Below are positions 12,886 through 24,453 of a DNA stretch of 64,000 nucleotides, in pieces. Under the pieces are notes generated by a model. That model saw only the letters and a list, made by a program, of their open reading frames with translations. It had not been told where the DNA came from and did no database searches. Each line of letters opens with the position of its first letter. The stretch's first letter is position 1. The position numbers were made by a program, and so were the translations under genes. The DNA lies in the NCBI GenBank assembly GCA_040285825.1, contig JAUPSS010000002.1:2976001-3040000 (forward strand). The letters are read 5' to 3'. Source of the DNA: Eukaryota sp. TZLM1-RC. Taxonomy: Eukaryota > Protista > Metamonada: BaSk clade.

Positions 12886-13268
12886 TTAACCCGACTTAAA
12901 TAGCAAAATGGCGATCTGTCCGACATACATATACAAAACTGTGATTAACAAAAAGGAGAACATACAGTGCTTTGATTCATGGGTGATGTAGGAACCGAAG
13001 TTTCGTCCAACAATGCAATGCCACGTGGGGTTATATTTGCTTCAGTTAGAGTATGTGAAAGGCTGCATACCGATCAAACTCCTTTTTGATGTAAGCAGCG
13101 ATATCTTTCTCAATGTTGAATCGTTCTAGAGCCTGGGTTGCACAGTCAATGGCGTCTGCAATGAGGACACATAAGAGATACTAACCCTGTTGCATTTCCT
13201 CGGACATATCAGCATTTTTAATAACGGCTTTTCGTGACCTTCGATAAGACGATCAGTGATACATACAT
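12886..13268 (-). CDS. LC8: Dynein light chain LC8 (88 aa), four introns: 13239-13266, 13156-13185, 13040-13070, 12939-12965
   Basis: Manual splicing gives [88 protein letters not shown]; absent from the ORF track. Confidence 0.95.
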
Positions 13269-13661
13269 TGGGAGTGAAAATGATCAAGGTGTGAAGCAAA
13301 ATATACAATTTTCGTTTTCACCAAGTCTTTCACTCATGATGCCACCTCATCACTTCCTTCCTTATATCATAAACTAGCCTCTTTATTCTCCTCTTTATGA
13401 ATACTCTATTTTCTGTTTTCGGCCCTCTGATCTCTTTTATTTTTCTTCTCCATTCTCGTTTTATTCTCGTGTTAGTATGTAATTGACGTAGCCTGGATAT
13501 ATGTAGTTACTATCCTTCTGTTATTGTCTTTTAATTATTTCACATTCCACATATTTGTCCATTTCACCTTTTACTTCCAATCTTATCACAAAATTACCCT
13601 TTCAAGATTTATTGATTGAGAACTTGACCCTTTTCTGCACCTTCACTGCACCCCGCACCCA

Positions 13662-14300
13662 GTGAATCCTCTGGAGTATCTTCAAGTCGTCTAATATCTA
13701 TTCCTTGGGAGTTATTCTCTAGGAGCTGCTGACTGAACGTCTGGCATTTGAAGTGTGTAGCTCTATGTCTGAGATTACTCGTGCAAAGATCACTATCAGC
13801 CTTCGTTTCCTCAAACCATACCTACTGACTTGAAAGTTTTAATTACCAAGTGATTTGACTCAAATCCTGGCCACCGCCCCAGTATTTTTGATATAATCAA
13901 GGTTTTAGATCATCTAACAAATTCTTTTCCTGTAACAAATTTCCCATTATGCGGAAATGCTGCTGACACCAGAGGAAACAATATTCAAGCGAGAATTGAA
14001 AATAAGGCTGAAATTAATAGATTGAGTGATCAGATTGAAACATTGAAGATTGAAATACAAAAATCACAAATTCGTTGTGAAAAATTACAGCTTAAAAACA
14101 TCCAATTGGAAGAAATTGTTGGTGGCTACAAGGATGAAGTATCTGGTCTCAGAGAGGAACTTTCTCAATTGGAGAATGTTTTGCAAAGGGGAGATGCTGA
14201 GACTTGTTTTATAAAACGAAGATCTAAGCTGATTATGGTTTCCTTGGTATTGGTGAGTATTATATTGTTATTTAGTTTATTTATGATTTTGTTTTATTAA
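13662..14300 (+). pseudogene. 3' fragment copy of the pseudokinase/coiled-coil/TM gene at 31493-32749
   Basis: IYSLGVIL*ELLTERLAFE... through SKLIMVSLVLVSIILLFSLFMILFY*; in-frame stops and a coiled-coil deletion. Confidence 0.85.
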
Positions 14301-14673
14301 ATAGGCCTGATGTATATCCAATTCTTTCTATGCTAATTAATGCTTCAGCTTGTTTAACATTCAGACCAAAAATTACAATTAAAAGCAAAATAATTAAAAA
14401 CAACAAAAACAAAAACAACTAACAATTGGGTAACCTTTACATGTCAAACATTGATGCATACATTATCATACATTATAGTGATGTTGGCGTTGAAACTGTA
14501 TTGATGATTTAGTGTTCTAATATTTTAGTTTTTTTATTCCCAATGTTTTGTAGTTGTTTGAAATTCCCCATTCACAGAGCATATCAATCTCCTGTGTAAT
14601 GTAAAGGACCACTTTTTTTCTTTTTCGGTTGTATTTTGTTTGAACTCCATTTACACCAACGCCATTATAAGTA

Positions 14674-15228
14674 TCAGTTACCAAACGACCAAGCCACAGG
14701 GTTCTGTTGGATAAATGAAAAACTAACTGCTGACTTTTGGCTCATAACTCTCACAGCACAAATGGGAAGACAATGAGTAGTTGAGCCGCTGATATCGTTA
14801 TTTACGACGTGATAGCTTCCATGATCCTTGAAGTTACTTCCTTTCATGATTGCTGTAAGGATCAAGTAGTCATCACCTCTGCAGTAACTATGGGAATAAG
14901 TAGGGTTGTTGATGCTACTGAAAAACTCTCCAGCCTGAAATAAATCAAAATAAACTCTACTTACCTTTGCATTTCTCTTTTGGGGATCAAATCCATTGTA
15001 AAAAATTTGTGGAATGTTCGCCGCTGGTGTCCCATGCCATGCATATACGATATCTGCCAGTCTATTTCTCCCCTCTGATTGAACAGCACGACAAAACTTT
15101 TGCATTGCAGGGCAACCTCTCATCAGTCCAGGATTTTCTATAATAGATGTGTGATTTTGAGCAGAGCTGCGAGCACACCGAATACCTTTGCTAACCATCT
15201 CCTGGAGCAGCGATTGATCGTTCACCAT
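14674..15228 (-). CDS. Stand-alone mini PARP-like ADP-ribosyltransferase domain; likely 30-nt intron 14935-14964
   Basis: NPGLMRGCPAMQKFCRAV...YAWHGT...IFYNGFDP...GEFF...YHVVNN...HCLP; homologous to the PARP domain of the 2486-aa protein; gtaagt...ttcag intron. Confidence 0.85.
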   Translation of the reverse strand: MVNDQSLLQEMVSKGIRCARSSAQNHTSIIENPGLMRGCPAMQKFCRAVQSEGRNRLADIVYAWHGTPAANIPQIFYNGFDPQKRNAKVSRVYFDLFQAGEFFSSINNPTYSHSYCRGDDYLILTAIMKGSNFKDHGSYHVVNNDISGSTTHCLPICAVRVMSQKSAVSFSFIQQNPVAWSFGN

Positions 15229-16254
15229 GTTCTGACAAGTAGGATTCTGGTTCTATTATTTCAGTTCAACCAAATATTGATATTCATAAAGATATCCCAA
15301 AAAATTTACAGCTTTTTGAAGTTCAAAGAGACATTATTGCTTTAAATTAATGCTATATTTAGCTATTCTGACTGGATACAACTAGATCAGGTTAGCAAAC
15401 GTTTCCCAAAATGTTTGGATTCTTTGAGATGATTGGATGGTTGATCTTTCAATGTGTCGGATCTTCATTTCCTTGAAATCAGTACAAACAGCTTCAAACA
15501 ATAATTTCAATGGTTTTTAAGACAGGCTTAGTTGACTCACATGTTTCTTGAAATATTAATATTTAAATACTTATATATTTATGTTTATATGCTTTTATAC
15601 TTATTTATATATATTTATATATTTCAGATATTATTATAGATATTTCTCTTTCACTGACAATTTCCCCCTTATTGAAGTCTTGTTGAGACACTGTTGAGCT
15701 GAAATAATTACATAAGAATCAAGAATTCTGTATGTAATACGTTGTTTGAAACAACCAAGGCTCAATTTAGGTGACCCTAATTAGTTTGGATTTCGTTCAG
15801 CACAACCAAGCAGATAATCCTTTTATAAAATAATTTATATTTCAATTATTACACTATTCAGTTGTCCTTTGTTAGAACGAAATTGTTATGAAAGTATGAA
15901 CAGCATAATTTTGGTACAATTGAATTTTGGTTGACTCAAAGATTTGACCTCATTGTTGAATAATCAATAACAACATTGACACCTCCATATCAAAAATTAG
16001 TTGCAAACATTTTTATCAACTTGATAATAAATAAATATTATTTAAAGATAACATAATAAAATCAATCACAATTATCAAAATCAAATTGCAATAAGAATCG
16101 TCTGTTCACATCAAGTACAGAACTGGAGGTTGAAATGATCTGTAGCGCCACATATCCCAACAAGAACAACAACACACAGTGTTTAATTCATAGTATCACT
16201 TTATAGACGTCTTTCTGTCAATTCAAAGTGGTTGATCTACATATATGTTCAGAG

Positions 16255-16800
16255 TCAACGTACAAATGACCAAGGTACAGAAGCATGGGATGTAAATGTG
16301 AACTCTCTTGGTTGGGCACCCCTTTTGGCGGGATTCTTCACAGCACATAACGGCAAGCAATGACTTGAGTGACCACTTCTGTCATTGTCGACCACATGAA
16401 CACTACCATGGTCTTTAAACCTGGATGAGCGTATAATTGCCGTAAGAATGAGGTAGTCATTATCTCTACTATAACCATCAGAAGTTGTAGGATATCCGAT
16501 GGCAGCAAAATACTCTCCTGGTCCCTTGGCCTGACCACTCCTCCTCGATGGATCGAAGCCATTATGAAAGATGGAAGCAAGGTTTTGAAATCTACTGCCA
16601 TGCCAAGCGTACACTACGTGATTTAAACACTGCTTGCCTTCTTGCTGCACTGCCCTACAGAACTTTTGCATGGCAGGACATCCTTGAACAAGTCCCAAGT
16701 TGTGTAGAACAGGTCCATATGTTTGACCGGGCGTCCAGTTGTCTGAGATGGCCTTGATACCATTAGTAACAATGCGTCGAAGCAGGAGATGATCACTCAT
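16255..16800 (-). CDS. Stand-alone mini PARP-like ADP-ribosyltransferase domain (181 aa from ATG 16800)
   Basis: GCPAMQKFCRAV...YAWHGS...GFDPSRRSGQAKGPGEYF...VHVVDN...HCLP; start chosen because the paralogue at 23911 begins at the same MSDHLLL. Confidence 0.85.
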   Translation of the reverse strand: MSDHLLLRRIVTNGIKAISDNWTPGQTYGPVLHNLGLVQGCPAMQKFCRAVQQEGKQCLNHVVYAWHGSRFQNLASIFHNGFDPSRRSGQAKGPGEYFAAIGYPTTSDGYSRDNDYLILTAIIRSSRFKDHGSVHVVDNDRSGHSSHCLPLCAVKNPAKRGAQPREFTFTSHASVPWSFVR

Positions 16801-18004
16801 TGAAGACAGATTGTGTTGAAAAAATGACATTGCAATACATTGCTCAACGTAATCAAACTCAAACTTTAATAAAAACATAATTAAACAAACCAACAGAAAA
16901 ATTGCTGATGTAGCAATTTCTTCCTTGGTCAATTTTGAAAGAGAAACACCGCAATTTTCATCACGAAGATTGCTGCAATTAATATCCCTTCATATGAACG
17001 TATTTTTGAAAACTGAAAATATGAGTCTGACTCTCCAGCAAAACCTAATGGATGCAGTGTTCGCAAATAGACATTACACGAGTTAATGTGCTCTAATGAT
17101 GTTTCTCATACAATTGATGTTGGGTTCATAAACAAGTATCGCTAGTAAAAAGAACCCTATTTGTTGAAAAGACAACAATTATCATTTTCGTTCTTCGCAC
17201 TATCAGGATTTGTTAAAAATATTGTCAAAAATTTGCAAGAGAAATATTCTCTTTACAGGTCAAGACAATAAGATTCAAAGTCAGACGATGGCAAATCTCA
17301 TTGAGATGACAACAGGTGCCAATTCTGTTTCTCTTTATTTATTTTTATTGAATTAGTTTATTGGTTTTTACAATTTTGCCAATTTAAGTGGGACTTAAAA
17401 TTCCAGGAATTTCAGATTAATGGATAAGAAGCTCATGGATAGCTCAAATTGAAACTAGAAGCAATACTGAGGAAATTCGGTTGTTTTAATCAACACAAAC
17501 CTGATCGTAAAAATTTGTTATTAAAAATAGTAACAATAGTAAAATCGTGAAAACCGGAATTAAGTTCTGTGTGAAGATAGTTTTGGTGGGTAAGAGACTG
17601 TAGTGGAAAGTCCAATATCTTTTGTCAACATCATCAGTTAATTAAACAATGATACTGAAAAATTGCCATGTACCTCAAATTGTAAATAATAAGGATATGA
17701 ATTTAAAACACTTATCAAAAATACTGCAGAATGTATTGAATAAGTAGAATTGTAGTAGCATCATAGAATTAATGTCAGTGTGATTTTTGGAAATCCATAA
17801 TACAATATCTCACAAAAAAAGCCCAGAATAAAATGTAAAAACAAGTAAAAAATGCGTTCTCAGTTTTAAAACAGAATCAAAACAGCTGATCAACAAAACC
17901 AAAACAATGCAAAGGAATATTTGTAAAGAATTGATCAGGAACTTAATTGTGTATGTAGGAAGTGAATTTGTAATTCAGATTCTGCACTGAGTAGCATTTG
18001 TAGG

Positions 18005-18100
18005 AAGTCTATTAAAACTGTTCTGAAGCTCAAAAAGACACGTGATGATGACGTGTCACCTGTTATATGAGACAAAAAAGTCTATTAAAACTGTTCTGAA
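18005..18100. repeat. 23-bp direct repeats bracketing a 50-nt copy of coding sequence from the 898-aa gene
   Basis: aagtctattaaaactgttctgaa at 18005-18027 and 18078-18100; 18026-18075 equals 21356-21405 with one mismatch. Confidence 0.9.
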
Positions 18101-19536
18101 AGTCTTGTAATAATTACGATAACAATAAAACTCTTATTCACTGATACTCAGACATCTGATGATATTTCTTCGAAGAAATAGAACCATTTTGAGTATAATA
18201 AGATTTAGTGACTACTATTGTATTTGATCAATTTCCTATTCCCCTTCAATTTTGATTTGTTCTCGTTTTACGTTGGATTTCACTCATTTAGAAATGCTTC
18301 TGTACAATACAATGAAAAGAAGAGGTGTCATAGTTTCTTGATATGCAGAGCAATGGTTCAACAAGCTCACATCTTTCGAGTTTTCCTATTGTAAAAGGTA
18401 CTATTATGAACGATCACACTAACAAACAAGCCTATCAATCTAATCAATTTGTTATTTATTGTTTATACAATTTATAACTTTTGCGACACTAAGAAATATC
18501 TTATACAGGTAAAGCATTTGAATACTTGCAATTAATACATTTCAAATTTGCAAAGCTTCCTAGCTTTAATTACTCTTATACAGTGGAAAAATAATGACAA
18601 TCAATTGATGACGGAAAATTGGAGTTGAGAACGTAAAAATAAGACATCAAATCCCTTCATTGTTTTTTCTTGAACCATTATTTAGAAGTTTTGCCAAACA
18701 ATTCCTGCTTCCTTAGCTCGTTTTTCAATTAAAGAAAATGCAGAAGCAATACATAAAAATTGCTTACTTCTATCGAAATTACCTTCTTCAGTGACACAAC
18801 AACAGTTGTAATGTTGTGTTTGCATTGAATTCATGTGTATCACCAATAATTTTCTTTTAATATAGCTCATAAATTTTTTAAACGCAAACAAAACAATTAA
18901 ACAAAAACTAGAACTCAATATCCTCAATACAAGCATCAACGTCATCAAATCTTTGGAGTGCGCATCCTAGACCTTTCAATCATAATACTTTCAAAAGCTG
19001 TATTTATTTAAAAACTATACAAACAGGATGTACTTACAATGTCAGAAAACATGGAAAGCCTAAATCGTTTTCTTTGCATCAATATTTTTGCCAAGAAAAC
19101 CAGTTAATAAACAATTGTTCATATTTTGTTATAGGGTCTTTGTCGATTAACATCCAAGGTACCAGAAAGTGCTCACAAAATAATTAGACCTAATGAATAT
19201 CAGTTGATCCAAAGAATATGATTTTTTAGTACAAACAATGCATTGGTACATGAAAAATTACAATAGTAACTTACCCATCTTTTGATTCAAACAAATAAGA
19301 AATACGTATTAATACTGAGAAAAACCATAAAAAGTGAGAAAAGTATTTTATACAGCATATACAAACAGAGATATAAATCAGTAGAAAAGATAATTCTACA
19401 AAATTAATGAAAAAAGAAAACAAAACAGTAACAAAAAAAATTTCGGGAAAAATCATCATTGAAAAAAGGAAAATGAATAAACAAATTAATTATTAAAAAA
19501 ATTCAAAAAAAAATTCCATTACCAAAAACCACCATT

Positions 19537-22233
19537 CTAACCTAATAAACCACCATTAATTACCTTTTTTCCTTTCCAATCATGCGAAATTTTCAATAAT
19601 GATCCCTGACGAGACCTCACTCGTGATCCAACTCGTGATAACACGTGTTCCTCTTCCACCTCAGATTCATCAGAATAGCATACTTCAGCAGCTCGAAGTT
19701 TGGCCTTTAGCTTGGAAATCTTTAAATTTGCAATAGCTAATGAACTAGCAAACTCCCTTGCGTTATTAATAAGTGACGTATTTAACTCTTCAACCTTTTC
19801 TTGCAACTCAGCAACTTCCTTTCCATCAAATTCATCATCATCACGTGATCGATCAACTGGTTGCTGTCGTGGCATGACGTCATCTGCACCAACATGACCG
19901 CCAAGTTTCCTAATATGACCTTCTAATTTCTCTATAACTAACTGTTGCCGGGACAAAGCTTCCTTCAAACTTGGAAGCACCCCTACTTTTTCTTGAAGTT
20001 TCAATAAGGCTTGATTTTGAATTGAGTGGCTTTTTTTCAAACTTAAATACTTTGTTTCTAAATCAGACTTATTCTCAATATTCCCCTGAAGTCGTGCGAT
20101 TTCTGCCCTGAGTTCAGAGACTTCAATAGACTCATTTGACCTGATAGGACTATTTTGACTTTTTCTTCCATTTTCTGATCTTTTTAACAGCTTATTGAGC
20201 TCTTTATTTTTCTGTTTGAGTTGTTCCTTTTCCGATAAAATAATGCTAAGATCAAGTTCAACCTGCCGCCTTTGTTTGAGTTCTTGATCCATTTTTTGCT
20301 GAATTTCCTCAATAATTCTGGTTTTTTCCGCCAAAATTTCATCAAAATCATGATCAAGGGGTTCAGTTCCAACAGCTGTAGAAATTAAAACAACTTTTTC
20401 CGGCTCACGCGTGTAAACGTCATCATCACGTGGATTTTTGAGCGACTGTCGATCTCGATCTTGCTCTAATTGGTCTACTTCTTCTACTAATTTATCAAGT
20501 TCCACGTCATCATCCTCTGTCACGTCATCAGTTCGTCCAGTTTCGACAAAAGCAACACTCTCATCCTCTTGTTTGTGATGAAGAATAGAGCCCTTTTCGG
20601 CAACTATCGAATCAGCTGAATCAGAAACGTCATCAAAGTCACCAGAGGTTTCGGTATCACACGTGATGTGACCGTCATCATCGACAACTAATGACCCTTC
20701 GGAAACCACACGCTTAATCCATTCAAGGGCATTCCAACAAGCAACTTGACCGGTTAGTTTGGGAAATGATGACGTTTTTGATGACGTTACCGGGTGAGAA
20801 TCAATACTCATTGACCTGAAACCACTACCATCCTTTGTGCCTGCCTTCTCTTCATGAAAGACTAAATCTGTCAGAGTCACTGAATATCTTTTAAAAAAAC
20901 TAAAGTTATACAATGAAGGTTCATCTGAAGTATACAAATTAACTACAATGCATGCAGACGGCAACCATAATAATTCATTGCTTACAGCAAAGAAAAACAC
21001 TTCATCAAAAATGATTGAATGATCTGTTCTGTACACACGTGACACTTGATCTGAAATATTCATTTCATTTGCTTCTCTACGTAAAACTTGCTGGGCAATA
21101 GTATCACCTTCACTATCATCAACTACATTCAAAAAGAAATCGTCTGGAACAAAATGAGAGTTTGATTCAATGAGAGTTTTTTGACTGGCTGATGACGAGT
21201 CAAAACGCAATGCCACGGTGGCAATCATGAATTTTGAGCTAGTCAGAATTTCTCGAGGAATCTTGACGACTTGTTTCAAAGTGACTCGTAGTTTATGCAA
21301 ACTTGGGTATTTTTGAAATAGCGAAACTTCACCATCCTTATCAAAAGTATTAGATAAGCTCAAAAAGACACGTGACGATGACGTGTCACCTGTTATATGA
21401 GACAAGTTCACAGCCAGATAATACCGTCTACCTGAGGGCAAAGTTAAAGTATCTATTTGAGCTCCGTAAATCAATTTTCTAGTAGAATCAAGAACTACTC
21501 CGATAAACATAAACTCTCCTTCCTTGACTTCTTCCCTGCTGAAATCTAGTCTAAGTGGAGTGATGTAGAAGGGACACGTGGCACCACGAACTACTTTTGT
21601 GGTGGCTTTAGTAGGGATACGGTCACGGAGAGATTTGGTGGATTTAAGGGTGATGAAAACGTCGGCAGGGGTGTTCTTACCTTCAGGGGAGTAGAAATTC
21701 TCTCCTGAATAGATATAAACGTCGGTTGAGATCGGGGCAAATGTGGGGTTGTTGTCACGGAGATTGTTGACGAGAGCGGCGATGGAAGAAGGAAGAGAAA
21801 GATGTTGGAGAGAACCGTAAAAGAAAGTAAGGGAAAGTGTACCTAGTTCACCTTTTCGGGAGGATCTGTAGGGGATGGAGTAGTTCGCAGAGTGGGGGAG
21901 AGAAGACGAGAGTGAAGTAAGGACAGGTTTGAGAGGGACTGAGAGCGAGCCAAGAACTTTGGCTTGGCCTTTCTTTTGATCCTTTGGGACAGACATAACA
22001 GAGAGCACATCGACAATGAGCTTTGTTTTGGAACTTACTGGAGTGGTAAAGCTGAAATGACGGTTCTTGAAAACAGGGTGGTCTGTGTTTTCAGAGACAT
22101 CAGTACGAAATACTTGAGGATTGTCTATCTGCTTATCTTTGATTTTCAGACATAGAAAGTAGTTCGATAATTGTTTGAAGGAAGCGTTTTCGAGTGTAAT
22201 AGAAAACGCATAAGTATCAAGAGAGGACTGCAT
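19537..22233 (-). CDS. C2-domain + C-terminal coiled-coil protein (CCDC33-like)
   Basis: N-terminal C2-like beta pattern (RTDVSENTDHPVF...VLGSLSVPL), further C2-like segments, long heptad region ending NAREFASSLAIANLKISKLKAKL; orthology is an inference. Confidence 0.65.
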   Translation of the reverse strand: MQSSLDTYAFSITLENASFKQLSNYFLCLKIKDKQIDNPQVFRTDVSENTDHPVFKNRHFSFTTPVSSKTKLIVDVLSVMSVPKDQKKGQAKVLGSLSVPLKPVLTSLSSSLPHSANYSIPYRSSRKGELGTLSLTFFYGSLQHLSLPSSIAALVNNLRDNNPTFAPISTDVYIYSGENFYSPEGKNTPADVFITLKSTKSLRDRIPTKATTKVVRGATCPFYITPLRLDFSREEVKEGEFMFIGVVLDSTRKLIYGAQIDTLTLPSGRRYYLAVNLSHITGDTSSSRVFLSLSNTFDKDGEVSLFQKYPSLHKLRVTLKQVVKIPREILTSSKFMIATVALRFDSSSASQKTLIESNSHFVPDDFFLNVVDDSEGDTIAQQVLRREANEMNISDQVSRVYRTDHSIIFDEVFFFAVSNELLWLPSACIVVNLYTSDEPSLYNFSFFKRYSVTLTDLVFHEEKAGTKDGSGFRSMSIDSHPVTSSKTSSFPKLTGQVACWNALEWIKRVVSEGSLVVDDDGHITCDTETSGDFDDVSDSADSIVAEKGSILHHKQEDESVAFVETGRTDDVTEDDDVELDKLVEEVDQLEQDRDRQSLKNPRDDDVYTREPEKVVLISTAVGTEPLDHDFDEILAEKTRIIEEIQQKMDQELKQRRQVELDLSIILSEKEQLKQKNKELNKLLKRSENGRKSQNSPIRSNESIEVSELRAEIARLQGNIENKSDLETKYLSLKKSHSIQNQALLKLQEKVGVLPSLKEALSRQQLVIEKLEGHIRKLGGHVGADDVMPRQQPVDRSRDDDEFDGKEVAELQEKVEELNTSLINNAREFASSLAIANLKISKLKAKLRAAEVCYSDESEVEEEHVLSRVGSRVRSRQGSLLKISHDWKGKKVINGGLLG

Positions 22234-22287
22234 TCATATATAGATGATTGATTGGTGAGTTTCAAAAAGAAAATCCGATGTTACAGA

Positions 22288-22650
22288 CTATCTACGACAA
22301 GGATATTGGGGCCTTTCACTACCACTCATTCTGGCTTCAGCAATAGCAAACATATTAAGACATGTCAGCTTATTTCTATTAAAAAGCTTTTTGTGAACCA
22401 TTGTGACTGAATTTACATCTCTCACTTTTGCAAGCTAATAAACCATAACATATAGTAACGGGGGTTCTTTTTCTTTTATAGAATCTGGGTTTGGGATTGG
22501 TTACCCTTCATAGTGTATCAACGTTTTCAAAACAAACTGAACATTTTGATGAAATGAAAGCTTCATTGATCATCAATACTTAACCATTTTTTCAGAAATT
22601 GAATCCATAAAATTCCTCGAATAGGTCGTTGATGTTTTTAAAGCCGTTCT
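22288..22650 (-). pseudogene. Fanzor1-like C-terminal relic ending 54 nt upstream of the 898-aa gene start
   Basis: Reverse complement aligns with ~9860-10218, including FNRNKLTCLNMFAI and the same frameshift before NRN. Confidence 0.85.
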
Positions 22651-23910
22651 AGAGGCGTTTCTGATTTCTTTAAAACGCGGGAGTGACACTCACCTGTATT
22701 GCTCAGGACAAAATCCACTTCCAAGCTTAGACTAGCTTTTTGTGAGATGTATTGAACCTACTCATGTTAGGCTTGACGATTTGATTATCACAAGTGATAA
22801 CATTACTGTCCATGATTTAGGCTCCAATTATGTTATTGATCATCATAGGTTTGGAGGAATGAAGCATTGATCCGACCTACCGGAAGTGAAGCTCCCACTA
22901 CGCTATCATCTATACGTTTGATGTTCGTGCAGTGGTTAGCTGTCTCTGTTTTTGTTTCTATGCTGTTCAATAAGGATGATTAATTATGCATTGTGATGTT
23001 CAATTTATTGAAAGACGTCTGTTAAATTAAACATCAGTACATGATGACGTGACCACCTTCCTAATGAGGCATGTCACATTTAGCTACTGCTAACAATTTA
23101 AACACAAACTCACCACACAATATCCGATGATTCACAAAAGTTTGAACTTTTTTGATAGTATATCTAAAGTTTCTAGTCCCGATTTTTGTACATTTATTTT
23201 ATTCTTGACTTCTTCCTTCACTGTGCACGTACCTTATAAATATGGCTCCCACATAAAAGATTGCAAATGGAGTATACATATGAGATTGAAAATAGGTTTG
23301 TGGCCAATCGAACGTATTAATACTATATGTATTTGCAAATTGTCTTCAAGTGTTATTTTTCACCACATAGTTGGTTTTAAAAATTGATGGTCTATTCTAC
23401 ACGAGTCTCCACAATTATTTCGACGAAATGTTCAGGAATAATAGAATTCATTGCCAAAATAGCCTTTTTATTTTGCGATAGCTCAGAAAATCGAGATAGC
23501 AAAAGACGAGGTGGCAAACTGTATGCCATGAAATCGGATTGGACTTCACTAAATGATCATTGTAAATAAGCTACTACTGATTTACTGAAACCAGTTTATA
23601 ATCCTTAAAAAGGTACTGAAATACATAAGACGAGAAACATCGGAGTCAATTTCAGCTTCTACGATTAGCAAATATGTTTGAAAAATTGGTACTGTTTCTC
23701 CTCATGGAAGTTTTGTTCCAAGTGGAGATTGGTTCATGCTCTGGTATATAAGGTGTATAAAAATGAAACATTTTACTTTAAGATTTTTCAAGTTAAGAGG
23801 TTCCACTAGAAATCAAAAATACAGTTAAAGCACTGTAATCTTTAGTGAAGTCTACATGTAACTGGACATACATGTCAACTTACATAGATTAACAATTCTT
23901 ATTCACATCA

Positions 23911-24453
23911 ATGAGTGATCATCTCTTGCTTAGACGCATTGTTACTAATGGTATCAAGGCCATCTCAGACAACTGGCCTCGGTCAAACATATCGACCCAT
24001 TCTACACAATTGTGGACTTGTTCAAGGATGTCCTTTCATGCAGAAGTTCTGTAGAACAGTGCAGCAAGAAGGTAAGCAGTGTTTAAGTAACGTAGTGTAT
24101 GCTTGGCATGGTAGTAGGTTTCAAAACCTTGCTTCCATCTTTCAGAATGGTTTCGTCCATTGAGGAGGAGTGGCCAGTCTCTAGGACCCGGGGAATATTT
24201 TGCTGCCATCAACAATCCTGCAACATCTGATGGTTATAGTGGAGATAACGACTACCTCATTCTCACGGCGATTATACGCTTATCTAACTTCAATGACCAT
24301 GGTGGTGTTTATGTAATCAATAATGACAGAAGCGGTAACTCAAGTCATTGCCTGCCTTTATGTGCTGTTAGGAATCCTGCTCAAAGAGTGGCACATCAAG
24401 GAGAGATTGCATTTACGTCACAAACTTTTGTACGTTGGTCCTTTGGGCATTAA
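23911..24453 (+). pseudogene. Mini-PARP pseudogene, close paralogue of 16255-16800 in inverted orientation
   Basis: MSDHLLLRRIVTNG start; frameshifts near 23977 and 24156; WHGS and GPGEYF retained. Confidence 0.85.

Noticed and set aside
16801-16932. N-terminal TM extension of the mini-PARP in the ORF track
   Set aside because: Depends on a TTG start; the paralogue begins at the ATG equivalent to 16800
18005-18100. CRISPR array
   Set aside because: Only two repeats, the insert is self-derived, no cas genes, eukaryotic context
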